In this document: positions 63,583 to 64,000 of the stretch, one piece after another
Numbering within the stretch: position 1 is the first letter of the stretch
How the letters are laid out: each line of letters begins with the position of its first letter
Source of the DNA: Isurus oxyrinchus
Taxonomy: Eukaryota
Assembly: GCA_026770705.1 (NCBI GenBank)
Contig: JANJGN010000042.1
Coordinates: 4,464,001-4,528,000, forward strand
Length of the DNA: 64,000 nt
Reading direction: 5' to 3'
Program-made: the position numbers and the translations under genes
Notes under the pieces: generated by a model
What the model saw: only the letters and a program-made list of their open reading frames with translations
Told to the model about the DNA's origin: nothing
The model's database searches: none

Positions 63583-64000
63583 GAGTTGCTTAAAATAATA
63601 TTGAAATTTCCAAGATCTAGTTTAATAGACGGGCATACTCGTGCTACTGAATAGTCCAGTTTTGATCTTGCGATATTCAGATCAGAGAGGAGCTCCAGAA
63701 AAAGTGAGAGTGCATCAGGTTTTAATGAACACTTCAAGAACCCAGGCAGCATCACTATCTATAGGAGAGAGAGAGACAGAGAGACCAAGAGGGACCAAGA
63801 TGTATACAATATCTGTCATTCTATAGGAGCGTATGTTTCCATGGATGTTACGACATCTTGATTTATTGGTAAGCATTGCGTGCTACAAACTGAACCTGGA
63901 AGCTATGCAGCTACAAGATCACAGCAAGAAGAAAACCGTCAAGTTCATGAAGGGTAATAGCTCGGAGTTCCTATGAATGTGGGGAACGAATAATATTGAT

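Noticed and set aside
1-64000. Prokaryotic-type systems (CRISPR arrays, operons), rRNA or true tRNA genes
   Set aside because: I saw no regularly spaced direct repeats or dense coding. tRNA-like boxes occur only as decayed SINE heads, and the DNA is vertebrate with spliceosomal introns.

Overview
AT-rich, repeat-dense vertebrate genomic DNA; the CR1/L2/RTE/Penelope and SINE families suggest a cartilaginous fish (inferred, species not determinable). The only recognisable genes form a tandem cluster of two-exon class A GPCRs related to GPR139/GPR142. Each has a 70-nt first coding exon (MH...YP...G-x-P, phase-1 intron) and a ~910-nt second exon. Copy E (+, 42870-42939 joined to 51097-52004, 325 aa) is intact. 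Copy A (-, 6723-6654 joined to 5186-4276) has a single nonsense change at the DRF arginine. Copy B (+, 14293-14362 joined to 16108-16985) has multiple lesions. Copy C (-, ~24671-25500) is heavily decayed, and D (+, 33143-33212) is an orphan first exon with a stop. All four clear first exons are preceded at about -85 to -100 by a TAAT homeodomain core next to an EBF (O/E)-like element, three with a downstream TATA. That layout resembles olfactory-receptor promoters and suggests, as a hypothesis, a lineage-expanded chemosensory receptor family. Nearly all other listed ORFs are retroelement debris or chance ORFs. Repeat boundaries are approximate.
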